From an uncultured Clostridia bacterium (lineage in GTDB: Bacteria > Bacillota > Clostridia > Christensenellales > Borkfalkiaceae), in contig CALVHT010000164.1 in the NCBI GenBank assembly GCA_944328645.1, forward strand, positions 1-58,755: 58,755 bases of DNA, written 5' to 3'. Shown piece after piece: positions 20,087 through 29,856 of this stretch; position 1 is the first letter of the stretch, and every line of letters starts with the position of its first letter. The position numbers were made by a program, and so were the translations under genes. The notes beneath the pieces were generated by a model. The model did not search any database, was not told the DNA's origin, and saw only the letters and a program-made list of their open reading frames with translations.

Positions 20087-21373
20087 ATGATTGATATTAA
20101 TTTTTTACGACAAAATCCAGAAGCTGTGCGCGAAAATATACGAAAAAAATTCCAAGACCACAAGTTACCCCTTGTCGACGAAATCCTTGCTTTGGATGTC
20201 AAGCGGCGCGAGTTGCAAAAAGAAGGGGACGAGTGTCGGGCGAAACGGAATTCGCTTAGCGCGCAGATAGGCAAATTGATGCGAGAAAAACAGCCGGAGG
20301 CGGCCGCAAAAGTCAAAGAGGAAGTGGTCGAAAACAACGATCGCATTGCACAGATCGAAAAAGATTCCGAGGAAATCTCTGCAAAGTTAAAGCAAGCGAT
20401 GATGTCCATTCCCAATATTATTGCGGACGATGTGCCAATTGGGAGAGATGATCGCGAAAATGTAGAGCGCCAGCGTTTTTTGGAACCCGCGGAAAAATCG
20501 TTTGAAGTGCCGTATCATTTAGAGATTTTAGAAAGGCTGCGCGGAATTGATCTAGACAGCGCTCGCCGGACCAGCGGCCAAGGATTCTATTACTTAACCG
20601 GCGATATTGCGCGGCTTCATTCGGCTGTTTTAACTTATGCTCGTGATTTTATGATCGATAAGGGATTTACTTATGTAATTCCTCCGTTCATGATCCGAAG
20701 CGACGTCGTTTCGGGGGTCATGTCTTTTGAAGAGATGGACGGCATGATGTATAAAATCGAGGGGGAGGACTTGTATCTAATCGGAACGAGCGAACATTCG
20801 ATGATCGGTCGCTTTATGAATACTGTGTTGGATGCCGCGGAGTTGCCTCTTACCTTGACGAGTTATTCTCCTTGTTTCCGTAAGGAAAAAGGTGCGCATG
20901 GGATAGAGGAGCGCGGGATCTATCGGATTCACCAATTTGAAAAACAAGAAATGATTGTAATCTGTAAACCGGAAGACAGTGCCGAGTGGTTCCGAAAATT
21001 ATATTCATATACCGTTGAATTGTTTGTATCCATGCAAATACCGGTGCGAACATTGGAGTGTTGCTCGGGTGATTTAGCCGATCTGAAATATAAAAGTATT
21101 GATGTTGAGGCATGGAGTCCGCGACAGAAAAAATATTTCGAGGTTGGTAGTTGTTCCAACCTTACCGATGCACAAGCACGTCGGTTGGGAATACGCTATA
21201 AATCCGAAAAAGGGAATGCCTATGCGCATACTTTAAATAATACGGTCGTTGCTCCTCCGCGTATGTTGATCGCGCTGTTAGAAAATCATTTAAATGCCGA
21301 TGGAAGCGTAAATATTCCGGAAGTCCTTCGCAAGTATATGGGGGGAAAAGATAAGATTTTGCCGAAGCAATGA
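20087..21373 (+). CDS. serS: Seryl-tRNA synthetase
   Basis: N-terminal coiled coil, LIGTSE, CFRKE..HQFEK, EVGSCSN, HTLNNT. Confidence 0.97.
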   Translation: MIDINFLRQNPEAVRENIRKKFQDHKLPLVDEILALDVKRRELQKEGDECRAKRNSLSAQIGKLMREKQPEAAAKVKEEVVENNDRIAQIEKDSEEISAKLKQAMMSIPNIIADDVPIGRDDRENVERQRFLEPAEKSFEVPYHLEILERLRGIDLDSARRTSGQGFYYLTGDIARLHSAVLTYARDFMIDKGFTYVIPPFMIRSDVVSGVMSFEEMDGMMYKIEGEDLYLIGTSEHSMIGRFMNTVLDAAELPLTLTSYSPCFRKEKGAHGIEERGIYRIHQFEKQEMIVICKPEDSAEWFRKLYSYTVELFVSMQIPVRTLECCSGDLADLKYKSIDVEAWSPRQKKYFEVGSCSNLTDAQARRLGIRYKSEKGNAYAHTLNNTVVAPPRMLIALLENHLNADGSVNIPEVLRKYMGGKDKILPKQ

Positions 21374-21385
21374 TTCGAAACTTTA

Positions 21386-21419
21386 AAAAAGCAGTACCAC
21401 TGAAAATGGTACTGCTTTT
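21386..21419. terminator. Bidirectional terminator
   Basis: AAAAAGCAGTACCA..TGGTACTGCTTTT. Confidence 0.8.
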
Positions 21420-21453
21420 ATCGCACAAAAAATTGCTTTTGAAGATTACTATG

Positions 21454-21639
21454 TCATACAGAATTGTCTTTTTGTGTTGACGAATCATTTTGTGTCTCTT
21501 TTTTGTTGTGGCGATGGCTTTTTCTTTTATTGTGTTGGATAAAATAGACCACCAATAATGCGATCAGTGCAATGCATAAAGCAATAAAAACACATAGGAA
21601 AAAAACATTCTCTTGTAAATATAGAAAAATTTTGTCCAT
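21454..21639 (-). CDS. Small single-pass membrane protein
   Basis: 61 aa, long hydrophobic helix then basic tail; upstream TTGACA-N17-TACTAT (21706-21678); RBS weak. Confidence 0.55.
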   Translation of the reverse strand: MDKIFLYLQENVFFLCVFIALCIALIALLVVYFIQHNKRKSHRHNKKETQNDSSTQKDNSV

Positions 21640-21747
21640 GGATTCAATGTCCTGAATGATTTCTTATTATTGCATCTATAGTAATATAAAATGGGTAAAA
21701 TGTCAAGTATTTGGCTGCATGGCTGCGCAAATTAAAGGGAGGAGCGT

Positions 21748-22968
21748 ATGGTTGTGAATGAGCATTCAGTTGTTATCATTGGGGGCGGTGCGTCCGGTAT
21801 TTTTTGCGCGTTCCAATTGGCGGTTCAAGGGGTTCAGGATATCCTGATTTTGGAACGAAACGAACGAGTAGGAAGAAAGCTATCTGCCACAGGGAACGGA
21901 CAGGGGAATATCAGCAACGAGAATATGTCAGTTAAGCATTTTTTTTCTTCCGATTTAAAAACGGTTGAATCGGTTTTAGCGCGGTTTGGCAAAAATGATT
22001 TACTTGTTTGCCTGCGTAGACTCGGCGGTTTGTTTTCTTCTGACTCTTCCGGGCGTATTTATCCGACGTCGAAACAGGCGACATCTGTTACGGATTTGCT
22101 TCGCTTTGCATTGCATCGTGAAGGTGTAACATTGCATACGGGAGAATATGTGCGTTTTGCAAAAAAAGAAAACCATCGCTTTGTCGTTCAGACGGATAAA
22201 GCGACCTATCATAGCAGATGTTTAGTCCTTGCAACAGGCGGAAAAGCAGCCCCGCATTTTGGCTCCGACGGAAACGGTTATATTCTAGCAAAAAATTTTG
22301 GGCATACAATCACTGAATTACGGCCGTCTCTCGTGCAGATCAAAACATTACCGGAGGAAATTAAGGGACTAAAGGGAATCCGCGTTGAGGGCAGAGTATC
22401 CTTGCTTCGGCGAGGGAAATGTGTCGTTGCCGTAACCGGGGATATCTTATTTACGGATTTTGGTCTCAGCGGCGATGCTATATTTCGTTTATCGGCATTT
22501 CTACAAGAAGGTGATTATCTTTCTATCGATTTTTTGCCAGCATTTTCAATGGAAGAAATCGCGAATGCAATGCATGCAAAGCAAAGGTTGGACCCGGATA
22601 TAAACGCAGAAGATTTATTTCGCGGAATTATCAATAGTTCTATTGGAAAATGTATGGCAAAGTATTGTGCAAACAAGCAAAAAAATCCTAAAGTTGTGTC
22701 CATAGAATGCTTGGCGTATGCAATTAAAAATTATTCAATAACGATTCGAGGTACTTTGGGCTTTGTTTCGGCACAGGTGACTAAAGGCGGCGTGCCTTTA
22801 TTTGAGGTTGATAACAATTTGATGAGCAAATCGGTGGACAGGCTCTTTATGATCGGAGAGTTATTGGATGTCGACGGTGAATGTGGAGGATATAACTTAC
22901 AATGGGCATTTTCCAGCGGTGCGGTTGTAGCCAAAGCGATTGCAGGGAGGATCTATGAAAATCGATAA
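21748..22968 (+). CDS. HI0933/YhiN family flavoprotein
   Basis: IGGGASG, GRKLSATGNG, LATGG, AQVTKGGV, GELLDVDGECGGYNLQWAFSSG. Confidence 0.92.
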   Translation: MVVNEHSVVIIGGGASGIFCAFQLAVQGVQDILILERNERVGRKLSATGNGQGNISNENMSVKHFFSSDLKTVESVLARFGKNDLLVCLRRLGGLFSSDSSGRIYPTSKQATSVTDLLRFALHREGVTLHTGEYVRFAKKENHRFVVQTDKATYHSRCLVLATGGKAAPHFGSDGNGYILAKNFGHTITELRPSLVQIKTLPEEIKGLKGIRVEGRVSLLRRGKCVVAVTGDILFTDFGLSGDAIFRLSAFLQEGDYLSIDFLPAFSMEEIANAMHAKQRLDPDINAEDLFRGIINSSIGKCMAKYCANKQKNPKVVSIECLAYAIKNYSITIRGTLGFVSAQVTKGGVPLFEVDNNLMSKSVDRLFMIGELLDVDGECGGYNLQWAFSSGAVVAKAIAGRIYENR

Positions 22969-24490
22969 TATACGTTTACCGATCGATGCCAACGAAACTA
23001 AGCTATGGGAAATTGCTAAGAAAAAATATCGTTCCGGTCGCTATCTTGCAATTTTAAAAAAATCTTTAGACGCTCGAAACAAAGAAGATATTCATTGGAT
23101 ATACTCCGTCGAATTTTCGGAGCGTCCGATTGTCCGGCCTCGTTGCACGTACTTGCAGGTAAAAAAGAAACCAATGCAGGTATTGGTCGTAGGAAGCGGG
23201 CCAGCAGGTCTATTTTGTGCAATTCGGTTAATTCGTTCTGGGATCATTCCGATTGTAATAGAGCGTGGCGGCTCGGTTGAGGAACGAATTCAAGCGAACG
23301 ATCTGTTTTTCCAAAAAAGAAAGCTGGATCCGAATTGCAACGTTCAGTTTGGAGAAGGAGGCGCAGGAACTTTTTCGGATGGAAAATTAAACACGCAAAC
23401 CAAAGATATTCGGAATCAACAAATTTTAGAGACGTTTGTCGAGTTTGGTGCGCCTGAAGAAATATTGTATTTAAATAAACCGCATATAGGTAGCGACGTT
23501 CTTCGGCGTGTTGTTAAGAATATGCGTCAATTTATCGTTGCTTCGGGCGGACAAATAAAGTTTCATTCCTTCTTCGAAGATTTTAATGCCCCTAATAATC
23601 AAATCGTAGAGGCCGTTATTCGAAATGTTCTAACCGGATCGATTGAAAAGATTCCGGTGAGTGAAGCGGTTTTGGCTATCGGACACAGCAGCCGTGACAC
23701 TTTCCAAATGCTTGTCAAGCATAAAGTTGCGGTACAGCCGCGCGCTTTCGCCGTTGGGGTTCGAATTGAGCATTTACAAGAAAAAATCAATTTTGCACAG
23801 TATGGTGTCCGATATAATTGCCTGCCGGCTGCCGATTATAAATTGGTAAGCCATGCTGGTGCGCGTTCTGCTTTTACTTTTTGTATGTGTCCCGGAGGTT
23901 ATGTCATTCCGGCTGCCAGCGAAGTTGAGGGAATTGTGACCAATGGAATGAGCAATTACGCTCGAGATGCAAAAAATGCAAACAGTGCCCTGCTTGTACA
24001 AATCCAGCCGGAGGATTATTTGCGCGGAGATGTTCTAGATGGCGTAAAATTTCAAAGAGCTTTGGAGCAAAAGGCTTTTCTGTTTGGCGGAAAAGATTAT
24101 TCGGCCCCGGTACAACGCGTAGAGGATTTTCTTATTGGCAGGCCGACGCAACAGTTCGGGGAGGTGTTACCTTCGTATGCGGCAGGAACTGCCTTGGCCG
24201 ATTTGAATAGGGTCCTTCCTTCGTATATTTCGGAAACCCTTAAAGCTGCTATTTTTGATATGGATCAGCGTCTACGCGGTTTTGCTTCACCGGATGCTGT
24301 TTTGACAGCGGTCGAAACAAGATTTTCTTCACCAGTACGCGTACTTCGCGATGAGCAGTTCGAGTGCGTCTCGATTAAAGGAATTTATCCTTGCGGAGAG
24401 GGCTGTGGATATTCCGGAGGAATTATGAGCTCGGCTGTCGATGGTATTCGTGTCGCAGAAAAAATATCGGAAAAATATGGCGCGCTTTAA
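22955..24490 (+). CDS. FAD-dependent oxidoreductase (uncharacterised family)
   Basis: GSGPAG, FGEGGAGTFSDGKL, FCMCPGG, GEGCGYSGGIMSSAVDG. Confidence 0.9.
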   Translation: MKIDNIRLPIDANETKLWEIAKKKYRSGRYLAILKKSLDARNKEDIHWIYSVEFSERPIVRPRCTYLQVKKKPMQVLVVGSGPAGLFCAIRLIRSGIIPIVIERGGSVEERIQANDLFFQKRKLDPNCNVQFGEGGAGTFSDGKLNTQTKDIRNQQILETFVEFGAPEEILYLNKPHIGSDVLRRVVKNMRQFIVASGGQIKFHSFFEDFNAPNNQIVEAVIRNVLTGSIEKIPVSEAVLAIGHSSRDTFQMLVKHKVAVQPRAFAVGVRIEHLQEKINFAQYGVRYNCLPAADYKLVSHAGARSAFTFCMCPGGYVIPAASEVEGIVTNGMSNYARDAKNANSALLVQIQPEDYLRGDVLDGVKFQRALEQKAFLFGGKDYSAPVQRVEDFLIGRPTQQFGEVLPSYAAGTALADLNRVLPSYISETLKAAIFDMDQRLRGFASPDAVLTAVETRFSSPVRVLRDEQFECVSIKGIYPCGEGCGYSGGIMSSAVDGIRVAEKISEKYGAL

Positions 24491-24723
24491 AAAGAGCTGT
24501 TTCTTTGGCCGCTGTCTAATTTTTGAATAGGCAGCACTGTAGGGGTATTTCCTAAATCGAAGCTGTAATTTATATTTTTTATAATTGTGTCATGGCGCTT
24601 TCATGAAATAAACATAATTCTTCGCTATAATAAGAGCAATTAAAACATCCGTCCACACAAAACTTTTTTCATATTCTCTCACTATAATATAGCGGTCTGT
24701 TTGCACAGGCCGCTATATTATGC

Positions 24724-24768
24724 AAAAAACACTCGGCAATCTTAAGGATCGGATTGCCGAGTGTTTTT
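24724..24768 (-). terminator. Terminator of tRNA-Leu/tRNA-Glu transcript
   Basis: AAAAACACTCGGCAATC..GATTGCCGAGTGTTTTT inverted repeat at the tRNA 3' end. Confidence 0.75.
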
Positions 24769-24842
24769 GGTAGCCCCATGGGGAATCGAACCCCAGTTTT
24801 CGCCGTGAGAGGGCGACGTCTTAACCGCTTGACCATGAGGCC
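24768..24842 (-). tRNA. tRNA-Glu (CTC)
   Basis: Cloverleaf GGCCTCATGG..TCGCC-CT-CTC-AC-GGCGA..GTTCGATTC..CCA. Confidence 0.95.
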
Positions 24843-24905
24843 ATAGAAAATAGATAAAATTTTCGGAAAGAGAACCTGTCAAAACAAGTTCTCTTTTCCG
24901 ACAGG

Positions 24906-24992
24906 TGGTGCCGCTGGTCGGACTCGAACCGACACGGTATCGCTACCACTGGATTTTGAGTCCAGCGCGTCTGCCAATTTCACCACAGCGGC
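24906..24992 (-). tRNA. tRNA-Leu (CAA)
   Basis: Cloverleaf with long variable arm, CTGGA-CT-CAA-AA-TCCAG, encoded CCA; promoter TTGCCA-N17-TATAAT at 25034-25006. Confidence 0.95.
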
Positions 24993-25128
24993 GAGCAACG
25001 CAATAATTATAATACAAAAAAGATAGATTGGCAAGCAATTTCAATAGGGTAATTAGAAAAATTTAGCGAAGTCCATCTGTTTTTCGGCCAAAAAACAATC
25101 GCGCGTTCAATAGATTTTGGATGAACAT

Positions 25129-25719
25129 TCAAAAACTACGAACTAAGCCGATAACCTTACCGAGAATGGCAACGCTTTCTACAATGATATCGTCCATTGA
25201 TTCATTTTCCGGATGTAGAATAAAGTATCCGTCTTTTCGGTAAAAACGTTTTACGGTTGCGGTATCTTCAATTAAAGCAACGACGATGTCGCCATTTTCA
25301 GCCGTATTTTGTTTTCGAACAACGATTTTATCGCCGTTCATGATGCCGGCATCAATCATACTTGTGCCTTGAACGTTTAACATGAATAGATCCGTTCCGT
25401 TAAACACTCCCGTCGGGAAAGAGTAATAATCCTCATAATTTTCATAGGCAAAAATTGGTTGACCGGCGGTAACCGTTCCGATCAGTGGAACATTGACGGA
25501 TGTGTTTTTTTTGAAACTTACGGCGCGGTTTTTATTCGGCGATTTTGATAAAAGCCCTTCATCCGATAATTTTTCAAGATAATAGTAGGCAGAGGCGGTC
25601 GATTTTATTTTTAATTTTGCACAGATTTCTCGTACAGTCGGTGAATAGCCATATTCGGCATTGTATTCGTTAATAAAATTCAAGACGGCTTGCATTTTGT
25701 TTTTGCTGGCTTCCGACAT
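25129..25719 (-). CDS. lexA: SOS repressor LexA
   Basis: PTVREIC HTH, VTAG cleavage site, GTSM serine, TVKR lysine; ATG 25719 after GGAGG. Confidence 0.96.
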   Translation of the reverse strand: MSEASKNKMQAVLNFINEYNAEYGYSPTVREICAKLKIKSTASAYYYLEKLSDEGLLSKSPNKNRAVSFKKNTSVNVPLIGTVTAGQPIFAYENYEDYYSFPTGVFNGTDLFMLNVQGTSMIDAGIMNGDKIVVRKQNTAENGDIVVALIEDTATVKRFYRKDGYFILHPENESMDDIIVESVAILGKVIGLVRSF

Positions 25720-25744
25720 TTTGTGTTCCCTCCGGCTTTTCTTT

Positions 25745-25822
25745 ATTATACCATAAAAATTTAAAAAAGGCAAACAAACGTTTATAAATTGTCTTGATTA
25801 TTTTATTTTTTTATGCTATACT
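25745..25822. promoter_or_regulatory. Back-to-back sigmaA promoters with candidate LexA box
   Basis: Minus: TTGCCT-N17-TATAAT (25773-25745). Plus: TTGATT-N17-TATACT (25794-25822). AAAC-N4-GTTT at 25772-25783 resembles the Firmicute GAAC-N4-GTTC. Confidence 0.55.
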
Positions 25823-25844
25823 TTTATGCGTATCGGAGGAAAAC

Positions 25845-26027
25845 ATGGAACTGCAAAAATGTGTGTTGTATGATCGGGATTGTATCGGGTGTTTCGAATG
25901 CGAAATGTGTGATTTGGATCCCACGAAAGTCTGCGATAATTGTGGTCGGTGTTTGGATATTCAAGATTTTGTATCCATCAAGATCGACAGAATTATTAAC
26001 GAGGACTCTATAGACAATAAAACATGA
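25845..26027 (+). CDS. 60-aa cysteine-rich hypothetical protein
   Basis: GGAGG RBS; eight Cys in CVLYDRDCIGCFECEMCDLDPTKVCDNCGRC. Confidence 0.8.
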   Translation: MELQKCVLYDRDCIGCFECEMCDLDPTKVCDNCGRCLDIQDFVSIKIDRIINEDSIDNKT

Positions 26028-26085
26028 TCAACTCCCTTAATTGGGGTTTTGCATGAAATTATAATAAAGGCAAAGGAGAAAAAAG

Positions 26086-26307
26086 ATGGCAGAATTAAAG
26101 TATGAAATCGTGGAAAACTTAGGTGTTTTGGGTGAAACAGGAAATGGCTGGAGCAAAGAAATCAATTTGGTGAGTTGGAGCGAGCGCGAACCAGTATACG
26201 ATATTCGTACATGGAACGCGGAGCATAATCGCATGGGAAAGGGCATCACGTTGACACAAGATGAAATCAAGTCTTTAAAAGAACTACTAAATAAAATGGA
26301 GATTTAA
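26086..26307 (+). CDS. ydbC: YdbC family PC4-like ssDNA-binding protein
   Basis: GWSKEINLVSW..YDIRTW..RMGKGITLT; AAGGAG RBS. Confidence 0.88.
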   Translation: MAELKYEIVENLGVLGETGNGWSKEINLVSWSEREPVYDIRTWNAEHNRMGKGITLTQDEIKSLKELLNKMEI

Positions 26308-26311
26308 GATC

Positions 26312-26347
26312 AAGCAGGCGGAACAAAAATAGGCCGCCTGCTTTTTT
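26312..26347 (+). terminator. Terminator after ydbC
   Basis: AAGCAGGCGG..CCGCCTGCTTTTTT. Confidence 0.75.
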
Positions 26348-26443
26348 GCTTCTTTTTTATTATAAAAAAACGCTTTGATTTAGTGGAAATAATTTGAATT
26401 TTGTTTTATAATAATAGAGAAAATTTTGATTTTGGAGTTTTTT

Positions 26444-27880
26444 ATGCAAGATACAAGCGTGTATGAAAATCCTTTATTAAGTCGGTATGCAAGTCGTGAA
26501 ATGGCGGAGAATTTTTCGGATGACAAAAAGTTTCGCCTTTGGCGAAAACTGTGGATTGCATTGGCGGAATCCGAAAAAGAATTGGGGCTTGGAATCACAG
26601 ACGAGCAGATAGCGGAATTAAAGAAGTATGCAAATGATATTAATTACGAGGATGCACGCGCTTTTGAGCGCGAAGTGCGTCACGACGTTATGGCACATGT
26701 AAAAGCATACGGAAAACAAGCGAGACTGGCCGAACCGATAATTCATTTGGGAGCGACCTCTTGTTATGTTACGGACAATGCCGAAATTATAATAATTGAC
26801 AATGCATTGCATATTGTATTGCAAAAGCTTGTCAATGTTATGGATAAATTAAAAAGATTTGCGCTGCAGTATAAAGATCTTCCGGCTCTCGGTTTTACAC
26901 ATTTGCAGCCGGCACAACTGACTACCGTTGGAAAGCGTGCTACACTATGGCTTTCGGATCTAAAAATGGACTACGAAAATCTCCAGCATCTGATGCAAAA
27001 CTGCAGACTGCGCGGCGTAAAGGGGACGACGGGCACGCAAGCAAGCTTTTTAGATTTATTTAACGGAGATGGCGAAAAAGTCAAGGCATTGGAAAAACTT
27101 GTTCTTGCCAAACTTGGATATTCCAAAGTATATGGTGTGACAGGACAAACCTATCCGCGCAAATTTGATTATAACGTTTTGTGTGTGCTATCCCAAATCG
27201 CCCAAAGCTGTTACCGATTTTCCAATGATATCCGACTGCTGCAACACATGAAAGAGATCGAAGAACCTTTCGAAAAGCAGCAAATCGGTTCTTCGGCTAT
27301 GGCTTACAAACGCAACCCGATGCGCAGCGAAAGAATGGGATCGTTGGCACGCTTTGTTTTGAGCTTGCCTGTCAATGCTGCAATTACGGCTTCGACACAA
27401 TGGTTTGAACGGACATTGGACGACAGTGCGAATAAACGCATCGTCATTGCACAGGCGTTTTTAGGGGTCGATGCAATTCTAAATTTGTATTTAAATATTT
27501 CCGAAAATTTAGTTGTATACGATAAGGTCATCGCCAAGCACATTGCGGCGGAACTTCCGTTTATGGCCACTGAAAATATTATGATGGAATGTGTCAAAGC
27601 TGGGGGAAATCGGCAGGAATTGCACGAGAGGATCCGCGTTCTTTCGATGGAAGCTGCAAAAAACGTCAAACAAGAGGGGCTGGATAACAATTTGATTGCG
27701 CTAATTCAAAACGATCCGATGTTTGCGGCCGTAAAAGACCGTTTAAACGGCATTTTGGATGCGAGGAATTTTATCGGACGAAGCATAGAACAGGTTGAAG
27801 AATTTATTGCTGCAGAAATCGATCCAATTTTGAATCAACACCAAAAAGATTTGGGGATCCACGGCGAAGTTAAGGTTTAA
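26444..27880 (+). CDS. purB: Adenylosuccinate lyase
   Basis: RHDVMAH, IHLGATS, FTHLQPAQ, GSSAMAYKRNP. Confidence 0.96.
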   Translation: MQDTSVYENPLLSRYASREMAENFSDDKKFRLWRKLWIALAESEKELGLGITDEQIAELKKYANDINYEDARAFEREVRHDVMAHVKAYGKQARLAEPIIHLGATSCYVTDNAEIIIIDNALHIVLQKLVNVMDKLKRFALQYKDLPALGFTHLQPAQLTTVGKRATLWLSDLKMDYENLQHLMQNCRLRGVKGTTGTQASFLDLFNGDGEKVKALEKLVLAKLGYSKVYGVTGQTYPRKFDYNVLCVLSQIAQSCYRFSNDIRLLQHMKEIEEPFEKQQIGSSAMAYKRNPMRSERMGSLARFVLSLPVNAAITASTQWFERTLDDSANKRIVIAQAFLGVDAILNLYLNISENLVVYDKVIAKHIAAELPFMATENIMMECVKAGGNRQELHERIRVLSMEAAKNVKQEGLDNNLIALIQNDPMFAAVKDRLNGILDARNFIGRSIEQVEEFIAAEIDPILNQHQKDLGIHGEVKV

Positions 27881-28033
27881 TCATTAACCGCGACAAAAAT
27901 AGAGTGGATTAAGCATAAAAAGATTCGGCAGACAGCGGGCAAAGAATTGACAGCAGTCTGCCGTTTGCTATATAATTTTTCTAAATCGTACGATACTAAT
28001 GAAAAATTCTAAGATCAATGCGTAAGGAGTCGT

Positions 28034-28756
28034 ATGCTGGAACTGAGGAATATATCCTATTCTGTTCAAGATAAACCGAACGGGGAAAAACAAAAGATTT
28101 TAAAAGATGTGAACCTGTCTTTTGAAGATGGCACGATCAGCGTTATAACCGGACCCAACGGAAGCGGTAAATCAACGCTCATTAAAATTTTAATGGGCTT
28201 CGTTTGCCCGACAACCGGAGCCATCTTGTTTAACGGCGATGATATCACCGGGTTGTCGGTTACAGAACGAGCGCGCCGCGGCTTTACGATCGCTTTTCAA
28301 CAGCCGGTTAGGTTTAAAGGAATTACCGTAAAAAAATTACTGGAAATCGCAAGCGGAAAGTCTTTGGATACAGACAGCATGTGCGAGTGTCTGTCTGCCG
28401 TTGGACTATGCGCAAGAAATTATATTAACCGCTCTGTGGACGGAACGCTTTCCGGAGGAGAATTGAAGCGAATTGAGTTAGCAACAGCGATTGCGAAGGG
28501 CGGAGACGTTTTTTTGCTGGATGAACCGGAAGCGGGAATAGATCTTTGGAGCTTTGAAGATTTGGTCAAAGTGTTTGAAAAACTGCACGATAAAACCGTG
28601 ATCATAGTCAGCCATCAGCAACGTATTTTGGATACCGCGGATAAAATTATTTTGTTTGAAAACGATCGTCCTGTTAGCTTTGGCCGCAGAGAGGATATGT
28701 TTGCAAAACTGACGCAACGCCCCAGTCTATGCTGGCGTAATATTAAGGAGGGGTAA
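28034..28756 (+). CDS. sufC: SufC/SmsC-like ABC ATPase
   Basis: GPNGSGKST, LSGGELKRIE, LDEPEAGID; paired with SufB-like gene; TTGACA-N18-TATAAT upstream (27947-27976). Confidence 0.85.
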   Translation: MLELRNISYSVQDKPNGEKQKILKDVNLSFEDGTISVITGPNGSGKSTLIKILMGFVCPTTGAILFNGDDITGLSVTERARRGFTIAFQQPVRFKGITVKKLLEIASGKSLDTDSMCECLSAVGLCARNYINRSVDGTLSGGELKRIELATAIAKGGDVFLLDEPEAGIDLWSFEDLVKVFEKLHDKTVIIVSHQQRILDTADKIILFENDRPVSFGRREDMFAKLTQRPSLCWRNIKEG

Positions 28757-28758
28757 TC

Positions 28759-29676
28759 ATGGATCGAACCGATGAAATGCTGTTGGAAACTGTTGCGGAT
28801 CTGCATGGGATACCCGAAGGAAGCTTTAACATTCGTAAAAACGGAAAGTTACTTGCGCGCAACTCTGATTCTGATATTGAAATCATATCCAAGCAAGATA
28901 AGGATGGAATCGATATAATTGTTCGTCCGAATGTGAAAAATAAATCTGTGCATATTCCCGTTTTGTTGACGGTAGGCGATTTCCACGATACCGTTTACAA
29001 CGATTTCTACATCGGTGAAAATTCGGATATTACAATCATAGCGGGGTGCGGTATTCATAATTCGACCTGTTCCGATGCCGAGCACGACGGAATTCATACC
29101 TTCCATTTATCGAAAAACGCAAAGGTGCGTTATGTAGAGCGGCATTATGCCGCCGGAGGCGGGAGCGGGAAAAAAGTGTTTGACCCGACGACAAGAATTT
29201 ATTTAAGGGAAAATGCTCAATTTATATTGGAGTCAACGCAGTTGGGCGGTGTAACGTATACCAATCGAAAAACTTATGCCAACCTTGGGGCTCGTGCGCA
29301 ACTGATTGTTAAAGAAAAAATACTAACGGACGGAAATGAGCAAGCCATTACCGATTTTAAGGTAAAACTGAATGGAAAAGGAAGTCGTGCGGATATTGTC
29401 AGTCGAAGTGTGGCAAAGGGGAATTCGGTACAGAAGTTTCAATCCGATTTGATTGGTAGAAATGAATGTTTCGGACATGTTGAATGCGACGGTATTTTAT
29501 TAGAAAAAGCGCGAATTCTTTCAACTCCCAGGATCGACGCAATCAGTCCTGAAGCGAGTTTGGTGCACGAAGCGGCTGTCGGGAAAATTGCTGGTGAGCA
29601 GCTTTTGAAATTAATGAGTTTAGGGTTAACCGAACAGGAAGCTGAAAATGCGGTAATTCAAGGGTTTTTAAATTAA
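28759..29676 (+). CDS. SufB/SufD-family (SmsB-like) Fe-S scaffold protein
   Basis: GHVECDG and LVHEAAVGKI..LMSLGLTEQEAE motifs. Confidence 0.85.
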   Translation: MDRTDEMLLETVADLHGIPEGSFNIRKNGKLLARNSDSDIEIISKQDKDGIDIIVRPNVKNKSVHIPVLLTVGDFHDTVYNDFYIGENSDITIIAGCGIHNSTCSDAEHDGIHTFHLSKNAKVRYVERHYAAGGGSGKKVFDPTTRIYLRENAQFILESTQLGGVTYTNRKTYANLGARAQLIVKEKILTDGNEQAITDFKVKLNGKGSRADIVSRSVAKGNSVQKFQSDLIGRNECFGHVECDGILLEKARILSTPRIDAISPEASLVHEAAVGKIAGEQLLKLMSLGLTEQEAENAVIQGFLN

Positions 29677-29719
29677 ACGCCACGCGGGAATCTACATCCT
29701 TACATCAACAGTTTTAATA

Positions 29720-29758
29720 GAGAAGCGGGAAACAGGTTCGTTGTCTCCCGTTTCTTTT
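29720..29758 (+). terminator. Terminator after sufB-like gene
   Basis: AGAAGCGGGA..TCCCGTTTCTTTT. Confidence 0.6.
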
Positions 29759-29856
29759 GATTTTGTAAACTTGGTTGTTTTCTTTTGATAACTTGCCGGG
29801 GGATTATAAACGATTTCCTTTGGCAAGGTTTAATTTCTATCAGGAGGGGCTATATT

